Positions 8,567 to 21,791 of a DNA stretch of 32,000 nt are shown here, in pieces. Under the pieces are notes generated by a model that worked only from the letters and a program-made list of their open reading frames with translations, was not told where the DNA came from and searched no databases. Source of the stretch: Carboxylicivirga sp. M1479. GTDB lineage: Bacteria; Bacteroidota; Bacteroidia; Bacteroidales; Marinilabiliaceae. The DNA lies in assembly GCF_007097485.1 (NCBI RefSeq), contig NZ_VKDE01000007.1, forward strand, positions 25,402 through 57,401, read 5' to 3'. The first letter of the stretch is position 1. The number at the start of each line of letters is the position of its first letter. A program made the position numbers and the translations under genes.

Positions 8567-10444
8567 ATGTCGGATAAAGATTACCTAAGTAAAGTTAGAG
8601 AGGTTGTGCTTAGTAACTTGGGCGATGAGGATTTTGGCGTCAATGAGTTGGCACAAACGATGGGCATAAGTCGCTCACAGTTGTTCAGAAACTTAAAGCG
8701 AATTACACATCATTCTGCTAATGTAATAATTCGTGATATTCGATTGGAAGAAGCATTAGCACTAATTAAACAAGAACAATACACTTTTTCCGAAGTAGCT
8801 TATAAAGTAGGATTCAGTAGTCCTTCGTATTTTAATAAATGCTTTCACGATAAATACGGGTGTGCGCCTAGTGAGTATCTCAAAATAGCAATAGAAACAA
8901 TCGAAGATTCTGAAGATAGTTCCAAAAAAGGTTGGAGCAAAAAGTATATATATCCTATGCTTGGAATCATATTATTGGTTTCTATTTTGATTATCATTTC
9001 TAAGCATAGAAATAGTGTTGGGTTTGCCAATACCTCCGAAGAAATGGCCATAGCTGTGCTTCCTTTTTTAGATTTATCACAAGAACAGGATCGCCATTAT
9101 ATCGCAGCAGGTATTACGGATGCAATAATTCTCGAATTATCTAAGATTAATAATTTACGAGTGGTGTCTCGGGGATCAGCTGAATATGCTCAAGATTCAA
9201 TTAAGTTATACCCTAATATTGCTAAAAAGCTAGGCGTGAACCTTATTCTTGAAGGTTCTATCGTTTATAATAATGATAGCTTAAGGGTTAATGTGCAGTT
9301 GATACAGCCATTACCACAAGAAAAACACATGTGGGCTAGCATTTATGAACAAGGAACTTTAAACATTATGCACCTGAGCAATAGCATCTCAAAGTCTGTT
9401 GCTGACGAAATTCAAATGATTATTATTCCAGAAATTCAAGTGATAACAGCTTCTGACGTTAAGCCAGAAGTTTTCGACAGTTATTTAAAGGCTAAGCACC
9501 TATGGCAGCAACAAAGTCCACAATCTCTTCAAACAGCAGTTACGCTTTTGAATCAAACTATAAAAGTGGATCCGAATTATGCCCCTGCTTATAGTTTATT
9601 AGCTGAATGTTACATTAGCCTAAACAAGTTTATAAGAAATAATGAAGAGAAGCTTCGTAATAGGCAAGAGGGACGACAAGCAATTGACAGGGCTTTGGAA
9701 AGAGCTATTGAATTAGATGGCTCACTCGCCGAAGCCTACATAACAAAAGGCAATATACTTGGTAAGTTTGATTACAATTGGGAGGGAATGAAGTCGATGG
9801 TAGAAAAAGGCTTGGAATTGAATTCGAATAATGCAGCGGGTTACATTGCACTTAGCTATTATTATGCTGTACAAGGAGAATTGGAGCAATCAATAAAAAT
9901 GGCTCTTAAGGCCGAACAATTAGATCCTCTGAATCCTCGAACATGTAGTAATGTAGCAAAATGTTATACTTTGGCAGGTCAATTTAATGAGTCTTTAAAG
10001 CATTATACCTATGTGTTAGAGATGTTTCCTAGTTATGGCTTTGCGTGGGATGGTATTGGTTATGCTTATTATATGTTGGGAGAGAAGGATAAAGCTATTG
10101 AGTCGTGGACTGAGTTGCATCGATTTATTGGGAATGATGAATTGGTGTCCTATTACGAGAGTGAGTCGTTTGATAATTGTATTGCATACTGGTTGGGTAA
10201 AACAACAAGTGGTGAAAAACTCTTCTGTTCTAATCCTGTAATCATAGCAATGGTACACTTGTTTATAAATGATCAGGAAGGCGCATTGGAATATATTGAA
10301 TTTGCCTATAAGTACAAAGATTTAGATCTACCCTTTACAGTTATACTTCCTAATTTTAGTAGCCTATATGATAACCCACGTTTTATTGCTATTACAGAAC
10401 AAATTGGTGTGGATATAGCTAAGTACAAGTCTCGTAATCTTTAA
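8567..10444 (+). CDS. Membrane-spanning AraC-family regulator (HTH, TM, TolB-N-like module, TPR), paralog of 1756..3795
   Basis: Motifs in order: FGVNELAQTMGISRSQLFRNL ... FSEVAYKVGFSSPSYFNKCFHDKYGCAPSEY, TM helix (YIYPMLGIILLVSILIIIS), IAVLPFLDLS...NLRVVSRGS...NLILEGS...KHMWASIY, then TPR helices. Confidence 0.75.
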   Translation: MSDKDYLSKVREVVLSNLGDEDFGVNELAQTMGISRSQLFRNLKRITHHSANVIIRDIRLEEALALIKQEQYTFSEVAYKVGFSSPSYFNKCFHDKYGCAPSEYLKIAIETIEDSEDSSKKGWSKKYIYPMLGIILLVSILIIISKHRNSVGFANTSEEMAIAVLPFLDLSQEQDRHYIAAGITDAIILELSKINNLRVVSRGSAEYAQDSIKLYPNIAKKLGVNLILEGSIVYNNDSLRVNVQLIQPLPQEKHMWASIYEQGTLNIMHLSNSISKSVADEIQMIIIPEIQVITASDVKPEVFDSYLKAKHLWQQQSPQSLQTAVTLLNQTIKVDPNYAPAYSLLAECYISLNKFIRNNEEKLRNRQEGRQAIDRALERAIELDGSLAEAYITKGNILGKFDYNWEGMKSMVEKGLELNSNNAAGYIALSYYYAVQGELEQSIKMALKAEQLDPLNPRTCSNVAKCYTLAGQFNESLKHYTYVLEMFPSYGFAWDGIGYAYYMLGEKDKAIESWTELHRFIGNDELVSYYESESFDNCIAYWLGKTTSGEKLFCSNPVIIAMVHLFINDQEGALEYIEFAYKYKDLDLPFTVILPNFSSLYDNPRFIAITEQIGVDIAKYKSRNL

Positions 10445-10577
10445 CTATTCAAAAGTATAATGCGTTGCACTGTTTTTGTAATAGATGAACCATTATTTAA
10501 ATAGGATGCAACTTTATTAAAAGCCCTTGCAACACAGGATGTATGAACTTTGATTTGAATTTAAAAATCAAAGAGTC

Positions 10578-11258
10578 ATGAAAAAAGTTAATTATTTATT
10601 TGTTGTGTTCGTTCTTTTGCTGCTATTTTCATCTTGCCAAAAAGATCGTTTTATGGATTCTGTGCCTGTCGAAACTGAGTTGAAGTCATCTAATGCCGAC
10701 AAGACCAAATTGACAGGTTTTGATGATTGGGGCTTTAACTTTACAGCTCAAATATTTGAAGGCTATTTAATCAATGCCATGTTCGGCGATCCAGTTTTTA
10801 AAGATCAAGAACATTTTAAAGAGATGGTATACCATGGAGAAGGTATAAGTTTTTGGGAAGAGGTATTGGTTAATTATCCGTATTTTCAATACATGATGCC
10901 GTCTGGATTGCTCGATTGTAAGCTAAAAATGAAGTGGAATTCAGAGTTATTGTCCAGAGAGGGGATATATCCATCTACCTGGATTGATTCGAATGCATGG
11001 ATTGTATTTCATTATAAGATGAATACAGATGATCAACAATGGACGCAGATAAGAACTTTGGTTGCACTAAAGAGTAGTTATGTACTTAATAATGGGCTTT
11101 GGTATAATGAAAACGGTGATGAAGTTGGGAAACAATCCTATTATTGGCCTGAGTTGATGATCACAAAAGTGATAAATAATGGAGATAACCCTTTTGTGCC
11201 GATGGCTATGCCAGCAGATTATCGCAGCCCCAATGGAGCAGGTATGGGAAAGCCATAA
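10578..11258 (+). CDS. Hypothetical lipoprotein
   Basis: Signal peptide with lipobox (LLLLFSSCQKD). The mature part is rich in W/Y/N. I recognise no family signature. A hairpin plus T-tract follows at 11311..11344. Confidence 0.6.
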   Translation: MKKVNYLFVVFVLLLLFSSCQKDRFMDSVPVETELKSSNADKTKLTGFDDWGFNFTAQIFEGYLINAMFGDPVFKDQEHFKEMVYHGEGISFWEEVLVNYPYFQYMMPSGLLDCKLKMKWNSELLSREGIYPSTWIDSNAWIVFHYKMNTDDQQWTQIRTLVALKSSYVLNNGLWYNENGDEVGKQSYYWPELMITKVINNGDNPFVPMAMPADYRSPNGAGMGKP

Positions 11259-11310
11259 ATGTGCGTAAAACGTATTTTTCAATTTTAGGATCAGATTTGT
11301 AATCACTTTT

Positions 11311-11344
11311 CCAGGGGGCTGTTCGTTTATGCCCTCTGGTTTTA
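11311..11344 (+). terminator. Putative terminator after the lipoprotein gene
   Basis: CCAGGGGGC and GCCCTCTGG form a 9-bp stem (one G-U pair) with an 11-nt loop, followed by TTTT. Confidence 0.5.
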
Positions 11345-11555
11345 ATGAAAATTGATTAAGCTTTTGCGCCGAACTTTAATTAATTGCTTATTGAAATAAG
11401 TTGGGTAAGCTGTTTAAGCAATCGCATGTCGTATGTTTGATTTAAATTTTTTATATAATGAATACTGTTTTTAGCACATTGTTTAGTGATTGTACAACTA
11501 TATGCAATTCAGAAGCGTTTATAATTAACACTTGTATTGCTAATACAATTATAGT

Positions 11556-12143
11556 ATGGAAGACTTACTACGACAAATGCTCACAAATTTTTCAATGTTA
11601 ACTCAAGCAGAAATTGAGCTGATTATTGAACAATCAAATATTCAAAGCTTCAGTAAAGGAGCCGTTCTTCTGAAGGAGGGACAGGTTTCAAAAGAATGTT
11701 ACTCTGTTCTAAAAGGACTTGTTCGTGAGTATTACATAGTTGATGGAGAAGAAAAAACTACGGCTTTTTATACCGAAGGAATGCCAGTTAATGCCTTTAG
11801 TAGTTATACTAATGAAACGCCATCTAAGCATTTCCTTGTATGTGCTGAGAAATGTGTTTTGGTTGTTGGTAATCAAAGTTTGGAAGAAGAAATGTGCCAA
11901 CAAATTCCCAAGCTCGAGTCCATCATAAGAAAAGAAGTAGAACGTTTAACAGGACAAGCCCAAGATGAGTTTGCAGCTTTTGTAAGTTCGTCGCCCGAGC
12001 AACGTTATCTAAAACTGCTAGAAACAAAGCCAGACTTATTAAATCGTGTTCCTCAACATCAGATTGCCAGCTTGCTGGGCATTGCCCCTGAATCGTTGAG
12101 CAGGATAAGGAAACGGATATTTAGCAAGAAATTGGCTAACTAA
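11556..12143 (+). CDS. Crp/Fnr-family transcriptional regulator (cNMP-binding domain plus C-terminal HTH)
   Basis: 195 aa. The N-terminal beta-roll-like region (FSKGAVLLKEGQVSKECYSVLKGLVREYY) resembles cNMP-binding domains. C-terminal HTH: VPQHQIASLLGIAPESLSRIRKRI. Confidence 0.75.
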   Translation: MEDLLRQMLTNFSMLTQAEIELIIEQSNIQSFSKGAVLLKEGQVSKECYSVLKGLVREYYIVDGEEKTTAFYTEGMPVNAFSSYTNETPSKHFLVCAEKCVLVVGNQSLEEEMCQQIPKLESIIRKEVERLTGQAQDEFAAFVSSSPEQRYLKLLETKPDLLNRVPQHQIASLLGIAPESLSRIRKRIFSKKLAN

Positions 12144-13119
12144 ACGAATTATGTAAAAGAACAATATTTCCTTTTTTATGACCTGTATCCACGTGTTGAT
12201 GGGCTTCTTTAGCCTTATCCATTGGATATATTTTTTCAATAACAGTATGGTATTTTCCTGTTTCAGACCATTTAATAAGCTTCTCTAAAAGAGGTGTTAA
12301 AACATTGACTGGCTGTAGTCCTGTGGCACAAAACTTAGCTTTCTTCCTTCCTGTAAATGATGTTATTGCCGAATGTGCAAGAAGAGAAAGGGATAGAACT
12401 GGAGATAAGTAAGTTCCTTGCGGTTTTAATATGGCTCTGCATTTAGAAAATGAACTCTTACCAATGGTGTCAAAAACAAGGTCATAGCTTTCCATACCCG
12501 CAGTAAAATCTTCCTTTGTATAATCAATCACTCTATCTGCCCCTAATGATTTAACTAGTTGAGCATTGGTTCCACTACACACTGCGGTAATTGTCCAATT
12601 CATAAGTTGTGCAATTTGTATGGCGGCAGTGCCAATGCTACCCGAAGCACCATTTATTAGTATGTTTCCAACTTGGCTTGTGTCAACCAGATTATGCAGG
12701 AAATTTATTGCTGTCACGGCTCCGTCACATAATGTTGCAGCCTCCGTGAACTCCATTAAGTGGGGTTTATGCTTAATTAATCCATTTTCTGCAATTGATA
12801 TATATTCAGCATTGGTGCCAAAGCCTAAGGTTGTTTCTCCAAATACATTATCACCAATCGAAAATTTGTTAACCTCGTCGCCTACCTCTTCTACAATACC
12901 TGCAAAGCCGGTGCCTGTTATTTTGGCTTTAGGTTTTTTGAAACCTAAAAAAAGACGAGCAAACTTGGGTGTACCCTGTCTCATCATGCTTTCAGCCCTT
13001 GTTATGCTCGATGCAATTACTTTAACGAGTATTTTGTTGTTTTCAATTTTGGGCTTCGTTACTTCTTGTATTGATAGTACCTCCGGACCTCCATATTGTG
13101 TACATATTACCGCTTTCAT
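12136..13119 (-). CDS. NAD(P)-dependent medium-chain dehydrogenase/reductase (quinone oxidoreductase / Zn-ADH-like)
   Basis: MKAVICTQYGGPEVL...ILVKVIASSI N-terminal GroES-like fold. Rossmann glycine motif INGASGSIGTAAIQIA. C-terminal GHKKGNIVL, typical of the MDR family. Confidence 0.8.
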   Translation of the reverse strand: MKAVICTQYGGPEVLSIQEVTKPKIENNKILVKVIASSITRAESMMRQGTPKFARLFLGFKKPKAKITGTGFAGIVEEVGDEVNKFSIGDNVFGETTLGFGTNAEYISIAENGLIKHKPHLMEFTEAATLCDGAVTAINFLHNLVDTSQVGNILINGASGSIGTAAIQIAQLMNWTITAVCSGTNAQLVKSLGADRVIDYTKEDFTAGMESYDLVFDTIGKSSFSKCRAILKPQGTYLSPVLSLSLLAHSAITSFTGRKKAKFCATGLQPVNVLTPLLEKLIKWSETGKYHTVIEKIYPMDKAKEAHQHVDTGHKKGNIVLLHNSFS

Positions 13120-13288
13120 AATTATATTTTTAAAACTTTAACATGTGTGTAAAGATAAGGCAGGAGTGTAGTTATAATCATTGACTTAAGTTAAGAAATG
13201 TGGTGGTAATTATTAGTATAGCTCTTTCAAAGGGCCTGGCTTGCGCTTTTTCAGATGTATTGTTTAAGAATAAAATTATCTTTGAGAT

Positions 13289-13309
13289 TGAATGCATTGC
13301 TGAATGCAT
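13289..13309. promoter_or_regulatory. Candidate operator: tandem TGAATGCAT half-palindromes in a divergent intergenic region
   Basis: TGAATGCATTGCTGAATGCAT. Both copies contain ATGCAT; the first is the 8-bp palindrome AATGCATT. Spacing is 12 nt. Lies between the divergent MDR oxidoreductase and TPR-HTH regulator genes. Confidence 0.25.
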
Positions 13310-13383
13310 CACAAAGTTGATTACCCAATGTCTGTGAAGCTTTTTTTAATATATTTTAGTCGACGATTTATAGAACTTTACTT

Positions 13384-14931
13384 ATGAGGCTAATATTTTT
13401 GATAGTATCAATTGCTCTTTGCTCACAAGCACTCACGGCAAGTTCTGTGTCAAAACTTCTAAAAAGAGCAGCTCAAATTCAAGAATCAAACCCAGATAGT
13501 TGTATTTATATATCGCAAAAGGTATTGACCTTAATTGCCAATGATCAGATAGTGGAGAAAGGGACCAGTTATTGGAACTTGGCTCAGGCCTACTTATATA
13601 AACATCAATATCACACCTCACTTTTTTATGCACTTAAGGGAACCGAGCTCTATGCAGCAAAGGATACGGCGTTTATGCATCAACGAATATTGGAAACCAT
13701 TGGTTGGTTGTATTATGATATTGGTAATTATCAGCAAGCAGCACCTTACCATGGTAAGGCATTGGAAATTGCGCAGTTACGAAATGATTTACCAAGTGAA
13801 ATAGTTTACACCAATGCTTTGGGGCTTGATGCTTTAAGTGCCAAGCAAAACCAAAAGGCCTTGGGCTACTTTCAAAAAGCTCTTTTTTTGTTGGATACAA
13901 GCGATAAGCCACATAAATCTCTGAAATCAACCGTGCAAAACAATATGGGTATTGTGTATACTCGTTATGAAGATTGGACAAAGGCCGAAAGCTTTCTTTT
14001 GCAATCCATTGATAACAATAGGGGACATACAGCCGGCCTCTTAGAAACATATTCCTTGTTGGCAAAGGTGTATTTACGTACCTCTCAATACGAAAAGTGC
14101 CATTATTATCTATTGGAGGCTGAAGAGCTAAGTTACCTAACAACTTATAGTTTTAGCTTGATGGAGTATTACGAAATACGTTCGGAATACGAAAAAACCA
14201 TTGGTAATTTTCGTTTGGCTTTTCGCTACCAGAATAAATACCTGCAGTTGTATAACAAGGTTAATAATAAAGGTATTCAGGATGTGATGAACTACCTGTT
14301 GGGTACTCAAGAAGAAAAGATTAAACAAGATGAATTATTGATACAGCAGGCCGAGAAGTTGGAAAATAGTCGTTTACTTATTATCGGTATTCTAATTGTT
14401 TTTTCAACAGTGGTTCTTCTAATTTCTTACATTGTTTTTAAATCAAAAGTCGAAAAGGCAAGACTGAGACAGCAGTTGTTGCGACAGGAACTGCAAAAGA
14501 AAGAAGAGCAGGAAGCTGAGCTTAGTAATAAACTCGCTTTTAAAAATGAGGCCATAGAAACTTTGGCATTGACAATATCTAAGCGTAATGAATTGGTTAA
14601 GACGGTCGCTGAAAGTGTTAATAAATCAAATTCGGCAGAGGTTAAGGAAGCGTGGCGCGTTTTTGAACAGGCGCTTAGCCAGGATAGCACCAATCAACTA
14701 TCAGACGAATTTGTTGAGGATTTTAGGTTTAGACTTAAAAGCAAATATGCTAGCTTAACCGATAAAGAACTGCAATTGATTATTGATATCAGAAATAACC
14801 TTACCTCAAAAGAGCTGGCAGATAAATACCACGTGGAAGTGAAATCAATTGAAATGAGTCGTTACCGTTTGCGAAAGAAATTGCACCTCGATAAGGGCAT
14901 CCAATTGAAAGAATTCATCATGAAACTGTAA
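13384..14931 (+). CDS. TPR-TM-HTH one-component regulator (LuxR/GerE-like C-terminal HTH)
   Basis: Signal peptide, then about 300 aa of TPR-like repeats and one TM helix (LLIIGILIVFSTVVLLISYIVF). A coiled coil follows, then LTDKELQLIIDIRNNLTSKELADKYHVEVKSIEMSRYRLRKKL, a LuxR-type HTH. Confidence 0.7.
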   Translation: MRLIFLIVSIALCSQALTASSVSKLLKRAAQIQESNPDSCIYISQKVLTLIANDQIVEKGTSYWNLAQAYLYKHQYHTSLFYALKGTELYAAKDTAFMHQRILETIGWLYYDIGNYQQAAPYHGKALEIAQLRNDLPSEIVYTNALGLDALSAKQNQKALGYFQKALFLLDTSDKPHKSLKSTVQNNMGIVYTRYEDWTKAESFLLQSIDNNRGHTAGLLETYSLLAKVYLRTSQYEKCHYYLLEAEELSYLTTYSFSLMEYYEIRSEYEKTIGNFRLAFRYQNKYLQLYNKVNNKGIQDVMNYLLGTQEEKIKQDELLIQQAEKLENSRLLIIGILIVFSTVVLLISYIVFKSKVEKARLRQQLLRQELQKKEEQEAELSNKLAFKNEAIETLALTISKRNELVKTVAESVNKSNSAEVKEAWRVFEQALSQDSTNQLSDEFVEDFRFRLKSKYASLTDKELQLIIDIRNNLTSKELADKYHVEVKSIEMSRYRLRKKLHLDKGIQLKEFIMKL

Positions 14932-14937
14932 TTATAC

Positions 14938-14955
14938 GTAGAGGTTAACCTCTAC
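14938..14955. terminator. Perfect 18-nt palindrome just after the regulator stop codon (possible terminator or protein-binding site)
   Basis: GTAGAGGTTAACCTCTAC gives a 7-bp stem and 4-nt loop, starting 7 nt after the stop codon ending at 14931. There is no downstream T-tract. Confidence 0.25.
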
Positions 14956-15140
14956 AAATAGTAAATATCCACTTCTACATGTGTTTTTATTTCTACTTTC
15001 TAAATATCAGTATTTCAATATTTTGTAAACTTATTTTTCGCCACTCTTCAAATGTATAGATGCCGTATGGGTAAATAATTTTTTCTTTTGACGATTACTA
15101 TGCTAATTCGTATCATCAAATTGTTTAATCAGTTAGTTGA

Positions 15141-17153
<2,013 letters not shown>

Positions 17154-17331
17154 TTCTGGCGATAAGCCGTTTAGAAAGAAAAATGAATGTCCGTTTTAGG
17201 CATAACTAAAGTAAACACAGAGGCACAAAGTCGCAGAGTTTTTGAGTTTTACTAAAAGGATCTGCAAGTCAGGGTTTAAGTGTTTTGTTAATGTTTTATG
17301 CATGATTGGGGATGTTCAAAAAAATAAGATG

Positions 17332-17453
17332 ATGAAACGACCATGTAAATTTGACTATCCAAATTTTCACAACGGGGATGATAAAATTTACTTGCGAGTT
17401 CCATCCCGATAAATCGGGACAAGTAGTGGCAACAAAAAACAAAATATAAACAC
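17332..17453 (+). repeat. Leader module copy 2a (type B)
   Basis: ATGAAACGACCATG, then the 8-bp arms GTAAATTT (17345..17352) and AAATTTAC (17384..17391), then GCGAGTTCCAT. An extra hairpin TCCCGAT-AA-ATCGGGA follows, then a tail matching copy 1 at 33 of 34 positions (17426..17459 vs 4204..4237). Confidence 0.8.
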
Positions 17454-20658
<3,205 letters not shown>

Positions 20659-20672
20659 ATTAAAAGCGATAA

Positions 20673-20939
20673 ATGGAAACTTTACTGTTTTTAGGAGGAG
20701 GTATATTATTGGGGTTTCTTTTACGGAAGAAAAATAATATGCGTGCAGCTGTTGACAAAAGTATTACAGTAATGATATGGGTTTTGCTGTTGTTCTTAGG
20801 CATTTCAATAGGTGCCAACCAGCAAGTGATTGATAACATACATGTTATTGGTGGCAAGGCCTTGGTACTTACCATTGGTGGTATTGCCGGGAGTATTGTT
20901 TGTTCATATTTTGTTTATCGTAAATATTTTAAGGCATGA
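20673..20939 (+). CDS. lysO: LysO-family (DUF340) transporter, small N-terminal subunit
   Basis: 88 aa with 3 TM helices. Its end overlaps the next ORF start by 4 nt (ATGA). Together the two ORFs match the length and topology of single-chain LysO/YbjE. Confidence 0.6.
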   Translation: METLLFLGGGILLGFLLRKKNNMRAAVDKSITVMIWVLLLFLGISIGANQQVIDNIHVIGGKALVLTIGGIAGSIVCSYFVYRKYFKA

Positions 20940-21529
20940 AAGGAACACTAATCACCTTATTGTTTTTTGTGAGCGGATGTTTATTATCCGTTTATGGGTA
21001 TACACCACAGTTTCTAGTGGAAAATGATTTAAGTACCTATGCTTTATATGCTTTAATGACCCTTGTAGGTGTTAGTTTGGGTATGGATGAATCATCCATT
21101 AACATTCTTAAAAAAGCCAACCTGGGTTTAGTATTGGTTCCTATTTCAATTGGGGTAGGGAGCATTGTAGGATCGGGTATAGCTTACTGGATGATTGCAG
21201 AATCTTTTACCGAAGGAATGGCAGTTGGTGCTGGGTTTGGTTATTATAGTTTGTCCAGTATCATTATATCCAGTACCTACGATTCCATATTGGGAGTAAT
21301 TGCTTTGCTTTCCAATATTTCACGTGAATTATTTTCATTATTAATGGCACCTATATTGGTTAAACTATTTGGTAAAATGGCACCCATTGCTAGCTCGGGA
21401 GCCACATCAATGGACACAACACTGCCGGTTATTACTCGGTTTTCGGGTAAAGAATATGCTTTAATAGCATTGTTTAGTGGTATTGTGTTAACCATTTTAG
21501 TGCCCTTATTAATACCCCTAATTTTATAA
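20936..21529 (+). CDS. lysO: LysO-family (DUF340) transporter, large subunit
   Basis: 197 aa polytopic membrane protein. G/A/S-rich helices (GVGSIVGSGIAYW, ASSGATSMDTTLPVI) are typical of DUF340. Translationally coupled to 20673..20939. Confidence 0.65.
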   Translation: MKGTLITLLFFVSGCLLSVYGYTPQFLVENDLSTYALYALMTLVGVSLGMDESSINILKKANLGLVLVPISIGVGSIVGSGIAYWMIAESFTEGMAVGAGFGYYSLSSIIISSTYDSILGVIALLSNISRELFSLLMAPILVKLFGKMAPIASSGATSMDTTLPVITRFSGKEYALIALFSGIVLTILVPLLIPLIL

Positions 21530-21791
21530 TTATTAAATAGTTATTAGCTCATTAGATTAGAGATTTTACCAAGTCTGCCCTACTAATCTAAATTATCAAT
21601 TGAAAAAAGTAATTGGCTGCATGCAAGCTATCCCAAATTGCTAGTGCAAGTCATCGTTCTAATTAAGAGGTGAATAGGTGTTTTATTTTGAAAACATCTT
21701 CATCACCTTAATGGGAGGATACTGCACAGTTGGAAGAGTTTTGCGTGGCACATTTTGCTAAATCCATTGTTACACAATTTAATTATTCGGA

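Noticed and set aside
12136-12143. 8-nt convergent overlap of the Crp/Fnr-like and MDR oxidoreductase genes with no terminator between them
   Set aside because: The overlap is real in the sequence (TAA at 12141..12143 and TAG on the minus strand at 12136..12138). Convergent stop-codon overlaps are common and carry no specific functional implication that I can support.
12566-13141. 191-aa + strand ORF, and other long antisense ORFs (372..701, 5408..5809, 13673..14143, 14427..14693, 30302..30664)
   Set aside because: Each lies entirely inside a well-supported gene on the opposite strand. Their composition is low-complexity or unusual and they carry no motifs. These are typical shadow ORFs.
21552-21591. 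9-bp inverted repeat TTAGATTAG / CTAATCTAA after the LysO genes as a terminator
   Set aside because: The stem is AT-only with a 22-nt loop and no T-tract. It is too weak to call. It may simply reflect low-complexity sequence in the 262-nt susC upstream region.
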